A stretch of 64,000 nt of DNA. It comes from Monocercomonoides exilis PA203 (Eukaryota > Protista > Preaxostyla). Under the pieces are notes generated by a model. That model was not told the origin of the DNA, did no database searches, and saw nothing but the letters and a program-made list of their open reading frames with translations. Shown piece by piece: positions 12,143-26,317 of this stretch. The DNA is taken from assembly GCA_001643675.2 (NCBI GenBank), contig LSRY02000026.1, positions 434,001 to 498,000 of the forward strand, written 5' to 3'. Numbering within the stretch: position 1 is the first letter of the stretch; every line of letters starts with the position of its first letter. A program made the translations under genes and the position numbers.

Positions 12143-15100
12143 CAACCTTTGTGACAAACTGGCAAAATCTATTATCTTCGACATCTCGACAAACATCAAA
12201 ATTAATAAATCCAGTTGAATTTTCAAATTTGTTATGAAACATTGAAAAATGAAATATCCATTATTTTATAGAATTTTGAGTTTCAAAAGTCATAAAACAT
12301 ATTGAGAAACCTAATCAAAAATTTTAGATAAAAAAAATATTTTCAACAGATATTTTTAACTTTAATGGTTTTTAACAGATCTGATTCAAGAGGAATATTT
12401 TGTGTCGAAGATCATCATGTTGTTTGAGGCAAATAAGTTTATTATGGATGAGAAATACAATTCAGTTTTCAAACAGCAACCAATTGAGCTGAAAAATAGT
12501 TTATCTTCTGGATCAATTGTGTGCAAACGCTTATCCAGTGTTAAAAATTTCATTCATTCAAAAAAAAATATTGTTATAATCATAAGTTAGACGAATTCAA
12601 AGCAAAAATAGATGAGTTGAATAAAAATGGATGTACGCTTGTATCATTGGTTCAAGGGAGATCAATCATTTTTTGTCAGTGTTCTTTTTTTCATTTTTAT
12701 TTTTTTCACAAAGATTTTGATTACATATTTTATTCATTTTCAGATTATAAGCACCCAAACAATACTGGACAAGAGATTGGAAAAGTTCATTTTGAAGAAG
12801 CCAAAGGAAAACTGTGGATAGCATTCGTCCTTGTTCTTGCAGATGGTTCTTTGAAAAAAAACGGTCATTTTTACTGCTTATGCCCAAATTGCAAATGTGG
12901 AATAAACTGCACATTTTCTACAAGGAAAAAAACATATCGCATTGATGATCATTATTGTTCACTTGTGCATTCAACAACAATTGTCCCATATTTTGAAAAA
13001 CATAGCTTGTTGAAATCAAGCAATTCACGACAAACTCGAATTGCTCCATCTTTTCGGTTCTAGAAATTAATAGGAATGTTTTTGCATTTGATTAGTCATT
13101 GCAACATTGCATTTTTGTCTGCGTATTCAAAAGAGTTTAATTCTTTTATTACCGAAGTCATAAGAACATCTCAGGCAAATCTAACTCTTCCTTGCACATC
13201 AATTTTTACCACTCTCACTGCAAGAAAGCTTTCATCATTTATTGAAAATGAAACCAAGAAAAAGATTGAAGAAAGAAATGAAATGCTATCAAATTCTTCA
13301 GTTTCTGTGATGTTTGATGGAGGACTTATTGGTGGAAAAAAACACATTGTTATTTCTGTTGTTCCATTACAATCAAATGCACATCCTGTTTTTTGGGGAC
13401 TTCGAAAACATTGCGCAACTTCAGAACAATACTGCGAGCTTGCAATGAATATTATGAAAGAGATGAAAGATATAAAATCAGATGTTAGATGTTTCTGCAC
13501 TGACGGTCAACAATCTCAGAAAATTGCAATAAAAACATCCATGAATCTGTGAAAACATTCAGCACAGATTACATTGATAACGATATAAAACCGTTCTTCA
13601 TTTACAGAAACAATTATTTGATAAATCTGATTTAGATTCATTTGTTTAACTCTTCCAAATGACTGAAAGATTAAAACGAAAATTGTCCAATTTTCAAAAA
13701 ATTACAGAAATCATTCAACAAAGTATATCTCAAAACCCAAGAACCCAGTTTTTATCTCAACTCGTTGACTTTGTTTTTATAACATTTGTTTTTTTATTAG
13801 AAAAAATCGTTATAAAATTTTATATTTTTATTCATTAGAGAGTTCAACAATAACTGATGTGATTAAATGTGAAGTTCTACTGTTCCCACTTCAAACAATG
13901 CATCTTTTTATTGAGAATGATTCAACAAAGTTTGGATCAGTATCTCAATGCATTGTGGAGGCCTTTTCTCAATACACTTGGCTGTTGGAACTTGAAATGT
14001 TTGGTGAAGAAGCTTGGAATGAGATCATAATTCAATACATGGTTTTATTATACAATTATTTTTTGACTGGAGCAAGAGGTGATTTGTTAGCGTTGGCCTT
14101 TTCTTTAAATCCTGAAGGATCGATGCTGTACAGGCAGGGAATGTTTTCGAAATCTTTCTCAATGAAATTGGAGAATTTGAGGAATTTATATTCATCAAAA
14201 AATTCTGTTACCCTAAATGAAAAAATTTCACAAGAAATTGTGAGTTCTTCCACACCATTGTCTCCTTCTGAGCAAAACACAACATTAAATACACACCTCA
14301 GTCCATTGATGTATTTGCCTCCCTCTCAAATACCCGTCGATTCATCAGAAAATATTTATCTTTCAACCAATCATTCAATGCAATTATCCTCAGATTAATC
14401 TGCTAAAACAAATGTCATCAATGTCAGCCAACCCCCTTTCTAACAGAAACAACGGTTTTTGCATCTTCACAGATATTTGAGAAGTATAAAATTCAAAATA
14501 TATCACCATTTAGTGTTTCCGAATTAATATTTTCAATTTATAACTACAAAAAGGGAATACAACAGATTGATTCAACTCCTCCCATAGTATTATCTTTGTT
14601 CTTCAATTCTCAATGGTCAACACAACTTACTTCACTGCAAGCTTCAAAATCAGCAAACGAAAATATTCTTGCAATTATCATCAAATGTCTTGAAAAAGAT
14701 TGTCTGTCAAATTTATCGAATGAAGAAAATGGTTGCGAAGAAATAAGTGAGGATAATTTTGAAGAAATTTACGGGCTCATTGAAGCTGAACAAGAAGCAG
14801 AGAATGATGAATTCAATGAAGCACACATGTCTCATATTCCAACAACCATTTATCGTTCATTCAATCAAACTTGATTTGAAGATGGATCTTCAAATCGAAG
14901 CGAAACAAGCGATACAATCAGAATGGATATAGATAAAACAGAAAGAGGTTTGTGCAGTTCGGAAGAAATTGAGCAGGAGGATGTGGAAGATATTGGATCA
15001 AGCAGAAAAATAGATTATTTGTATATTCAGATAAAAGAGGAAAGAAAAAAATATTTGTTGCAAGTCCAAAAGGCTATTCAAATGGATTTGTTCACTCGCA

Positions 15101-16433
15101 TAAGAAGTGGATTTGAAAAATACGTTAAAAAAGTTCTTCATAATCAATCAGATCAACTGCAATCAGAATGCATTTCCTTACTCACATTTTTTTCAAATCG
15201 ATTAGGGTCAACTTTTTAATGGGACTTTTTTCTTTATTGGCACTTTTTTTGTTTTTGCGTGCCAGTCATTCAAAAAAGCTGGATGAACCTCAACGCTCGG
15301 ATGAGGGTGCTGATAAAACAAGATTATTAAATTACTGGTTTGTTTTTTAAATTTTGTTTATTTTTCGTAGAGATACAGCAATTTTTTATTTATTTTGAAG
15401 TGACTTTTTTCAGCCGAGGAAGCATTTCACAAATTTTTGAAATCCATTTTTAAAAACTACTAGCATTTTCCTTTTTATATTCAAAATCTTAAGTTTAACA
15501 ACTTGTTTTTTCTTGATTTTTTCACATTTCAATTTTTAATCAACATGCGAACACAATTTTGAAAATTTCTTTGTTATTAAAATGAAGTGTTAAAAATAAA
15601 AATATGATATGAAAATTACACACTCCAATAAAGAAGTGTGAAAAAGGTTGAAAATATAAATTTTCTTTTTATCTCAAACAGGTGAATGGTCACAACATTG
15701 AATGATTTGAGATCAAACTTTTTCTGTTTTGATGAGTATGACGCAAATAAAAAATTTTAATGTTCAACCTTTTTCACACTTCTTTATTGGAGTGTGTAAT
15801 TTTCATATCATATTTTTATTTTTAACACTTCATTTTAATAACAAAGAAATTTTCAAAATTGTGTTCGCATGTTGATTAAAAATTGAAATGTGAAAAAATC
15901 AAGAAAAAACAAGTTGTTAAACTTAAGATTTTGAATATAAAAAGGAAAATGCTAGTAGTTTTTAAAAATGGATTTCAAAAATTTGTGAAATGCTTCCTCG
16001 GCTGAAAAAAGTCACTTCAAAATAAATAAAAAATTGCTGTATCTCTACGAAAAATAAACAAAATTTAAAAAACAAACCAGTAATTTAATAATCTTGTTTT
16101 ATCAGCACCCTCATCCGAGCGTTGAGGTTCATCCAGCTTTTTTGAATGACTGGCACGCAAAAACAAAAAAAGTGCCAATAAAGAAAAAAGTCCCATTAAA
16201 AAGTTGACCCTATAAACCTCCAATTGTTCAAGACAATCCCCATGTTTATTCCTTTGAAATAGGAAAATGGGGAACTATACCTAACATATATGCAAATATC
16301 TGTTACTCATTAATCGTTTCTCCAGTCAGCGAATCCTCATGCGAACGACTTTTCTCACGACTGAAGCGAATAATTGAAGAAAGAAGACACACATTAACAA
16401 TGAATACATTAAATGTGCTGTTAATTTTGTGAA
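12143..16433 (+). mobile_element. Degenerate hAT-superfamily DNA transposon (transposase pseudogene), interrupted by a foldback element
   Basis: BED-like zinc finger (CLCPNC...DDHYCSLVH, ~12875-12970). Catalytic-like SVSVMFDGG and CFCTDG in ORF 13076..13552. hAT C-terminal dimerization motif LIVSPVSESSCERLFSRLKRIIEERRHTL at ~16310-16395, in a frame not shown in the ORF track. Many stops and frameshifts; ends uncertain. Confidence 0.8.
15205..16210. mobile_element. Foldback/MITE-like non-autonomous element: 448-bp inverted arms, 110-bp spacer, TA target duplication
   Basis: 15205-15652 is the reverse complement of 15763-16210. Termini GGGTCAACTTTTTAATGGGAC...GTCCCATTAAAAAGTTGACCC. TA at 15203-04 and 16211-12. 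Confidence 0.93.
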
Positions 16434-16865
16434 TAAATGATGTTCATCGAGTTTCTTATCGTTTTCATAATTTTCTAAGCAAATATTTTGTTTTAAGTTC
16501 AAATTGTGAACACATACACGAAAAGCTTTAAATAGAAAATCTTTATAATATCTCTTTAAATATTTTGTTTGTTTAATGAAAGAAAACGCCACAAACATAA
16601 AATAAATGAAATCACTCAGAGCTGGGAAAAACGATACATTAGTTAAAAACACGATTAATTGATTTTTGAACTGTAAAAATAACTTTTTTCATTCGCACTT
16701 TTGAAGGCTGACAGGAACTCTTTTCGCTGATAACAATGAAGCAAAACTTTTATCATTTCATGATGACGAAGTCTAGTGCATAATTGCGCTAATCAATTTT
16801 TTGTTTTGTTAATTGGAAGCCGCACTGCTTGTATAATCTCTTCCACTATTTTTCCTTAAAAATCT

Positions 16866-19800
16866 TCAACTTTCTTCTCCATCGTCAATTGCATCCGACA
16901 TCACCAGAATTACCGCTCCTTGGGAAAAGTGCTGGATAAACTCTAACTTCATGCAATTAAGAGATGGTCGATCGATTGAAGCTTCAGAGAAGCAGCTCTT
17001 CAATATTCTTCTCAAAGAGCAGTTTTGAAGAGCATCCGTGTTTGGCCTCTCCCCATTCAAAATCTTATCTCCCGCCACCTCTGCTGGATACTCCCCAAAC
17101 GGGATATCCAGAGTCAAACACTCCCACAGCATCATCCCAATCGAAAGCACAACTGACTTCTTCGTTGCTCCCATCTTCTTGTTCACCTGCAGCTCTGGTG
17201 CCTTCCACCTCAAACACTCTTTTTTGAAGTCATCCTCATCTTCAAAGGCAGATGAGGGAAGGGAGTCACTATCATCACTGGCAGATGTCACAACAGTCGA
17301 TAATGAGATGGATGATGAGTCCGAATCATCATCAGATGAGAAGTCAGAGTGCAAAACAATGCAGATCACCATGTGCTCAGAGAACAGAACAATGTGAGGA
17401 CTCAGAGTGGAAAGAGAAGATAATCCATTTTCCATCTCGTCAAAGGAGTGGAGAGCGAGATTGGCCACCCAGAACAGGATCTGAGCAGCTGTCTGCTCCC
17501 TCTCCTGAAGAGTCCCAATCGCCATCTCCTTTGTCTTGTTCAGCCCATGCAACAACATGAACAGTGAATCCCTTAAATCAACAATCAGCTTCTCATGAGG
17601 AGATGAACAGGCCATCGCATCCACCAGATTAGACATGGACGAGGTGGTTGGACACAGACTCTCTGGTCGGATAAAAGTGGAATCTGTGTCTGAAGTATCT
17701 GTGGTTGAGGTGGATGAAATTGATGGTGATGGTGTTCTCTTTTGAATCTCTTCTTCTTCTTTCTCATCAACCTTCTCCAACATCCATTGAGGAATCTTGT
17801 CTGAATCTCTCCCCAAAATGTATTCAGTGGAACCACTCTCAGAAAGAAGATGTTCTGATGACTCTGAATGTCCCAAGCTATTTTCATACACTCTCTTCTT
17901 TATCCTCTCTTCGTTCTTCTTCTCTGCTTCTCTCTCTGCTCTCCTCCATTGCTCCTCTGGTGACATCTCCATCGTCACCTTCTCAAATGCCTTTGGATCC
18001 TTCCTCACTGTGTCATTCACAATCTCTTCCAATTCCTTTGTTCTTCTCTTTTGCTTTCTCCATCTGACTGTAGAAATTAAATCAATGACGAGAACAATAA
18101 ATAATACAACAACCAACACAATAATAATCAACAACAAAGAAGATATCCCTTCTTTCCCTCCTTCAACAGTCCTTTCATCTCCTTTTCCAACACTTTCACT
18201 CCTGTTCTTCACAATAACCGAATCTGTTGATGAAAGGGAACCTGTTTTCCCAAACACAATCCACACACTCACTTCTGTCTCTTCTCTCACTTTCTCCAAT
18301 TCAGAACATGAAATAAACGTGTGAATCTCATTCTCTGACACAAACCCTTCTTCTTCAATCCCCTTTCTCACTATCTCCTCTTCTTCCCCATTTTTCATGC
18401 TCATCTTCACCGACAAATCACATGGAAGAAGCAACTTTCCCACAATCATCAACTCCACATCCCCATTTGGCTGTGTTGTGTTCTTCACCTCTTCCAAAAT
18501 GGGGATGTAAAATGATGATGCTCTCTCAGTTGCTATCCCTCCCAATTCGCATCCCTCATCCAATATCCACAGAGATGTGTTTGGCAACATTCCATCTCCC
18601 CCTTTCACACTCACAACATTCAACTCCCCGTTCCCTTCACAAATCACATTCCTTCTGGCTGATGAATATCCCTCAATCGATGGGTTGTTGTTCTCAAATT
18701 CTCCTTTCTCAATCTTCACACTCCCTCCACTCACCCACAACCCACCTCCCCTGCTCTTCATAATCGTTGTTTCCCTCATCTCCACATTGCTCTTCTCAAC
18801 ATCAACCAATGACCCATTCCATTTGCACAATCCTTCTATTCTCTTGTTTTCTTCATTGATAAACTCAATTTCTTTTTCTCCATCAAACACACATGCCTCA
18901 ATCCTCACATTCTTGGAATTCCTGATCTGCATCACCCTTCCCTTATCGACCGAATTCACACACTTTCCAAATGAGCTGTTCAGCACACTCACCTCTTTCT
19001 CAGCATCTTCCATAACAACAACACATCTCTTTAATGCTACAGTCACATTTTCAATGACCATCTCTTTCATCTCCATTTTCGCTTTCCCTCCAACACTCAC
19101 AACATCTCCCTCACCTTCGATATTCAATATTCTTGTTTCAACAATTGTCACATTCGATTCTTCACAAAATGAAAGAACTGATATTGTTGAATGAATATCC
19201 CTGAATGTTGTTTCTGATATCTTCAGCTCTCCACTTTCCACACTCACAATTGAACTGTTCAACTTCATAAACTCAACTGTTGTTGTTGAAGAAGACAAGA
19301 ATTCACAATTTCTCATCTCCATTGAACCATTCTTCACTTTCATGAGACAATTGTGAGTTGATTCAAATCCATTTTCAAACTGGAATGAGCACCTCTCCAC
19401 TGAACATACATTCACAAACTCCATCACACAATCCTTCTCAGCTAATTTCTCAATCTTGGAGTTCAGTTTCACTGTCGCCTGTGTCTTTTTCAATGAATTC
19501 ACAACCAGATCTCCAATCACACACTCCTTCCTCACAAACCCTTCTCCATCAATCAGAATCCCATTCATCACCCCTTCCTCGATGTGCTCAACCCCACAGT
19601 CGATGCTCGCACACGGAATGCTCTGTGCCCCACATCCCCTCCCATCACTCCCTCTCCCACTCACAAACACCTGTGCCGAATAATAGAATGTGATCAGCGG
19701 AATCAGATCAACATCTTCCTCGCTCCAACCATCCCTCCCACAGATCGAGTTGTTCGAGTTCAGTGACTCCTGGTTGTAGTTCAGAGCAAACAGTGTTTCG

Positions 19801-22800
19801 TTGATCTGGTGAGAAATCGAGTGGCATCTGACAAACACGTCTTTCCCCACATGTGCCTCATTCATCACAAACAGGATATTCACAATCTTGAAATTCAGAG
19901 GCGGAATCTGACTTTCATTTCCATAATTCGCATGTGGGTCTGATCCATCAATAAACAGCCCCCCTCCACACCCTGTCTCACTCGAGCACTTGCACATCGA
20001 AAACGTGCTCCCATTCACTTTCAACACCGACTCCCCACTCTTCAGCACCACTCTCATCCCCCCTCCTTCATCACTCAAACCACTCTTGCAACTCGACATC
20101 GAACACTCATCCACCACACACTCCACTCCATCTTCAAATGATCCCACATCAACAACACTCGCTCCAATCCCTTCATTTGTGATATTGGAAAATGAACACC
20201 CAACAACCCTCAGAACTGGTCTGTTCCCATTTGAAAATACCTTCTTTTCTCCATTCATCTGGTTATCCTCTTCCATCATCGAAATCAGGCTTCTTTCTTT
20301 CGCATCAGCAAATGAAATGTTCACATTCTGAACAGTCACCTCACCTGCACTTGGACTGAAGGCAATCAACCCTTTCAACTCTGAAATCAAACTCAACGAG
20401 CTCCTCTCAATCACAACACTCCCTCCATTCACTCTCATCACACAATATCCAAAACTCTCTGCCACCCCCCTCCCTGGCCCAAATGAACAATCTGAAACTG
20501 ACAATAATGTGTTTGCTCCAGAGGATTCAATCAACACTGAATGATGGGTTGTGACGGCTGGCTTTGTGAATGACACATTCACAAATGACAGACTCACATT
20601 CGAGGATATCATTGAATCATCATCAGACAAATCATTCTCATCTTCATCACTGATCGTCACTCCTGTCCCTTTCTTTGTCCCTTCAATCACCACTTTTGGT
20701 GAATCTGAAATTGATGATGAAAATGAAGAAGAAAATGAAATGGAATGACTCAGCAACCCTGATCCCACAATGGAAATATGTGTTTCCCCTCCTCCAAGTG
20801 TTGGATATCGAAGTGACATCAGGTGGTCAATCGATGAGCATGGTGCCTCGGAATACCCACACCCACTGAAGTCTCCTCCTTTCTCTCGAGAAACAAACCC
20901 ATCCCCACTCAAGTTCCTCCACAAATACACAACCAGTGCAATCACATATCCCTCCTCTCCTGTTGTCTTCCTCTCCCATCCACACAGCTCATCCAATGAC
21001 TTCAACTCATCTGAACTCATCTCCCATATCAGGTGCTCCTCATTCACAATCTCTCTCAGATCCCATCCTGACACAAACACATTCTTCCCTTTCCACCCAT
21101 CACATCCCTCAAATCCCATCCCTTCCATCACAAATGTTCCCATCTCATCTGCCAGCTTCACAAACATCCCTCCTCCCATTCCTCTCCCTCCGCTCACAAT
21201 CTCACTTGTTGGCACAACACATCCCGATAATTTCACTCCTTTCATCTCCAAACTCCCTCCCTTCCCCACTGATATCTTCATCCCTCCCCCTTTCATCCCA
21301 CTCCCCCCTGAACACACTGATGACAAATTGCATCCTTCAATATTCACATTCCCATTCACACTCATTTCTACATTCAAACATCCTCCTCCTCCTCCTCCTT
21401 CACTCCCACCAACAACTTCCACTCCACTCATTCGGCTGTTCACAATCTCCAATTCAACTCCATTCGAAACAACAATTGGTGATTTCCCACTCATTCTCAC
21501 TCCCCCTTCCATCACAAATCCATTCACAGTCAGCCCTCCTCCCTCAACACAAATCACATTGAATCCAATCACTTCATCATTTCCAAATGTGACTGAACAG
21601 CTGGTCATTGTGATGGTTGATGTTGAGGAGGAGGAGTGAATGAATCAACTTTTCTTCCCATTCATCTCTTCATTCAGCACAAATGACAAATGTCTCATCT
21701 CAAATGATTTTGAACATTCAATAAGGTTATTCTGGGTTATCGATCCTTCATCCCTCACTAACACTCTCATCCCTTCTTCTTTCCCTGAAACACTCACCCC
21801 AAATGAAACCACTTTCATCTCATTCTTTATCCATGATTCGGACACAACTTCGATTTCATTCACAGTGCTGCTCGCTCTCTTCCCAACACAATAGTCAATC
21901 GTCAAACACCCAAACTCCTCAAACCCACAATGGCTCTGATCCAGCGCCCTCTCTCCTCTCCCATCAACTCTCAGCTTCGAGCCAATTGAACACAAATACA
22001 CAAACAGCGGAATCACTTCCCCTTCTCTCCCATCCTCACTCCCACACAACTTCACAACATCTGTTGGAATCACACTTGAGTCAAAAAATGATAATGAACT
22101 TCCATTCACTTTCCACTCCAACAACACTCCTCCACCACATTCAACAAACACATCCTTCCCATATTGAGCTTTGTTATCCTCTCCAAACACAAACAATCCC
22201 TCTCTTCCAGATTCCATTTTCATTGAGCCATCCCTGCTCTCCATCACAATCATCATCCCCCCCCCTCTCCCTTCACTTCTCCCTTCTGAACTCTCCCCTG
22301 AACCCTTCGCCTCGCACCCATCAATCACACAACTCCCATTCACAACAACACTCCCTTCCCCATTCACAACAACACTCATCCCTCCTCCTCTTCCACCAAC
22401 ACACCTGCACCCCTTCACAACACACGAGTCAATCACAATTATCCCATTCTTCCCCTCATCCCCCTCTGCCCCAACCACTCCACTCACCCATCCTCCATCT
22501 CCACTTCTCTTCTCAATGTTGTTCACCTCACATCCACAAAACATAACTGATTCCACCCCTTCGCCAAACTCAATCACTGAATGTTCTCCAAATCTCAATG
22601 TCTCTGTGATCACCAATCCCTCCACTTTCATTTTTTCCCCAACCACATTCACAAAACAATATCCAATGGAATTCTCAGACGAACAAACAACAGAACAGTC
22701 AGTGAGTGTGAAGAGTGTTGAATTGGATGAAATCAGAGATGATGATGACGCACCAGACAGAACAGATGGAACACAAAACTTGATGTTTCTTATTGAACAT

Positions 22801-24990
22801 TTGCTCTGAACCTCAATCAGACAAGATGACTCAAAATTCTCTGGCGCTTTCACCCCAACTTCCATCCCTTTTGTGGCACATGAAATCTCCCATTCAAAGG
22901 AGTCTGTCATTCCAACCTCTTCAGCAAACTCAAATCCTGAATCCAATTCCATCTTCTTGTTTGTGTCTGGATATCTCACCTGCGCTGCATGCGTGATGGT
23001 GGCACACGGATAATAGTCAAACCCACAGAACCACGAGTCGTATCCCCCCAGCCCATCCTTCCCCTTCCCCACATGTGCTGCATCTGGATATCTGTCCAGA
23101 AACACATTCAGTGGGAACAGCCCCATTGTTGTGTCACTCCGATCATATCCCACCACCTCATTGTATTTTGATTCATCATGTTGAACATTCAGCTTTTCTC
23201 TTGTTATTCCCCAGCTCGCTGAATTGCTCCCATTCACAAACACATAATTCCCACCCAATGAAGCAGAACACCCTGAGAAGTCAACTGACACAATCGAGAA
23301 GTCAACCGAGTTATCAGCCAGATGCAGCATCATCCCTCCTCCATATTCTCCACTTGTGCATCTGTTCATTGTTGTTGATGCTTCAACCTGAAGCTTGCTT
23401 GTATCTGTTTCCATCTCAACCTTGATCCCTCCACCACTGCCATTCTCACACTCACAATCCTCAATTGTCACATTCTGAATAACAAATGCCTCCCCTTCCT
23501 TCACACTCTTTGCCACAACCACCCCATCTCCTTCTGTCAACTTCACATTATTCACAATCAAGTTCGCAATCATGCTTTCTCCAGAAGCAGTGGCTGTAAA
23601 AAAAAGGGCAGATGAGGAAGATGAAGAAGGAGATAAAACAGGTTCAGAGAACAATGGTTGAGAAATATTCATATCTTTGATCTCCACATCAACCATCGAC
23701 AGCTGTGATAGATGCACCACAAACACTGATGATGATATCACATATTCTCCAACATTACTCGTTGTGATCACAACATCCTCCAATGAGAGTGACCCACCTC
23801 CATCAGACACCACAGCCACACTTGGAGAAGGGATTAAATTTGAGTTGCAATCAACCTTCATGTGCAATAAACCAAGATGACCTGTTGACACAATGAACAG
23901 CGCTCCAGTTGGTAAAAGTGCTCCTGTTCCAATCGCACTTTCCATCCTCCCTTTCCCAATGACTGAAATCTTCTTTGTCCCAATCTGAATTGTTGTCACT
24001 TCGCTTTGATGATTACCTTTCATCAGCGTGATTGCCAAACTAATTTGTATTTCACACATCTCAAATCCCTTCTTCACTGTCAGACACGGATTTGATTCAT
24101 TTGCACCACACAATTCAGTTGCATCACTCCCATTCACTGAAACATATATAATTTTGTCTTTCAGCCAATCTTTCTTTTCTGTGTGCTGATGCAACCAAGT
24201 GTTTCCATTTGAATAATTATAGGAATAGCACATTCTCTGATCATCTGAATTCGTTGTGTAACATTCATAAAATGGATTTCCATTATTCAAATATATGTTA
24301 AAATCATCTGCATATTCAACATTATGACCGAATGGAGCAGAAGCATTTCTGCAATAGCATTCATGGAAGAACAGGAAACAACAATAGATTTTGTCATTTG
24401 GTGCTGTTGCTCGATTTGGATAAAAATATAATCCTCCTCCATATGAATAGACAGAACATGAAATGAACTGAATGCTCCTCATTTTGAATTGATTCGCGGA
24501 AATAGTTGCACAGCACATGCCCCCACCACCAGTATTTGTAACTGAGCATGAAAAGAAACAACAATCGAACACATGCATTCTCTCCTCCACCATTTTCATT
24601 TCCAATGCATCCTGTTCCTGAATCCTGAAAATTGTCGAGATAAAGTCCTCCTCCATAATTAACTGTTTTGCAATTCTGAAATTCACATCCGCTGACCCTG
24701 ACGCACAAAGAAATCGTATAAATTAGCATTCCTCCTCCATGCTGATTTTGCGCGTTACAAGCATTGAACGACTTGTTCTCAATATTGATGGAATTGATAG
24801 AACGACATATAATTCCTCCATCACGACAACATGCAAAACAGTCATTGAACAAGCATTATTAAACCGGAAGCATCAGATTACAGGCCGTATAAGAAAACTG
24901 CTCTTCCATTCGAAGTACAGTTATCATTAAAGACTATTAACCTGCAGTTTTTGACTTATTCCTTGTACATGTAAAGTATATGAATTTGCA
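16866..24990 (-). pseudogene. Family B copy 1: giant receptor-like protein (Gly/Cys-rich beta-helix repeats, single TM, C-terminal tyrosine-kinase-like pseudokinase); 5' truncated
   Basis: ORFs 24394..24852, 21645..24686 and 16866..21608. The last two are in frame across a TGA at 21645-47 (GGA in the paralog). Frameshift near 24570. TM LLLIIIVLVVVLFIVLVI. Kinase subdomain VIII-X remnants LRWKAPE, KSVVLSIGMMLWECLT, IPF and GERP. Confidence 0.85.
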
Positions 24991-25419
24991 CGGTAGCCAA
25001 AATGATCAAGCGTTTTATATTTATATATCCTATTTCAGTAAAGAAAAAACATATCAAGCAATGGCATTCATTAGCTAAGATCTAAAAAAATATAAATAAA
25101 AAATTCAATATAAAAAAATACAAAAACGCATTCATAGCATGCATGAATACATAAAATGAGCTATGAAGCCAACAAACTCCTTGAGAAATTATAAAATATA
25201 TACTATTGTGGTATAGATCAAAAATAATTTCTATTATGAAACAGTGATCATTTAATTTTTGGAGTTTTTTAACATTATTTTTCTGCCTTTTTCAGAATGA
25301 CATCAACTTTTATTAATTATTACAATTAAGTCTGTGTTACTGACGGACTCAAAAAATAAAAATTTGAAGAATTGACTGACTTACTAAAATAAAAAAAACC
25401 TAAATGGATGAAATGAATA

Positions 25420-25674
25420 TGGGTGATTATTTTTGAAATCATAACTTTTTTCGGGGCATTAATTTTTCAAAGATTGTTTGTTTTTGGAAAAATTTTGTTT
25501 TCAAATGCACAATTCATGACGACTGTTTTGAAAACAAATGTTTTCACTCAAATAAAGATAGAGATGTTTTCTATGAGCTTTTTCATTTTTCAGTGTTCAT
25601 TAGTTGACATTCAAAAGAAAATTTCGAACTAAAAATTTTGAAAGAATAAATATGATTTCAAAAATAATCACCCA
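25420..25674. mobile_element. MITE (~255 bp) with 24-bp TIRs and TA flanks, Tc1/mariner-pogo type
   Basis: TA|TGGGTGATTATTTTTGAAATCATA at 25418-25443 is the perfect reverse complement of TATGATTTCAAAAATAATCACCCA|TA at 25651-25676. Confidence 0.85.
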
Positions 25675-25763
25675 TATATAAATATATCCAATAAAATTAA
25701 TAATTGAAACAACAAATTAAGCCTGTCTGACCTGACAAATTGCTTGAAGTTTCATCCTTCACT

Positions 25764-25791
25764 TATATATATATATATATATATATATATA
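25764..25791. repeat. (TA)n microsatellite
   Basis: Directly visible. Confidence 0.95.
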
Positions 25792-26317
25792 ACTACTATA
25801 ATTTGAATTGGATAAAATATTTTTGGTTGCAATTTTGTTTGTGATATTTCAAAGCTTAAATACAATAATTTTTCGATCAAAATGTGCCAAAATAAATTAT
25901 TAGCAACTTTCAATAATTACTCAATAATTTATCCAAAAGCTATAATTTATTTTTAAATGTTGATTATTTCAGATAAAATTTCTTTCTGTGCTTTTACCCA
26001 CTAACTCTCAAAATAAATTCTTCAGTTTAAAACATTCAAAAAGAAATGAATTCTTCCATTCGTTCTACCATTTTGGAAAACTATCTTGTGGAACTTTTAC
26101 TGCTTGTGCATAATCATAATTATTGAATCGTATTTATTTTAGTCAAATCGGAAAATTTTCATTCACATCCTCCTGCATTTGTAAAGTTTAATTTTAACTT
26201 TATTTTTTATTTATGATATAAAATGATGAATCATTATAGTGTTTAATCATGATATTACTCACAAATTTCAATAAGCTGTTATTCTTTTCAAAATAGTCAG
26301 TTTGTCATTTTATTATA

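Noticed and set aside
16964-23880. Many Ser/Pro/His-rich antisense ORFs over family A and B genes
   Set aside because: Shadow ORFs produced by the GA-rich codon bias of the sense strand.
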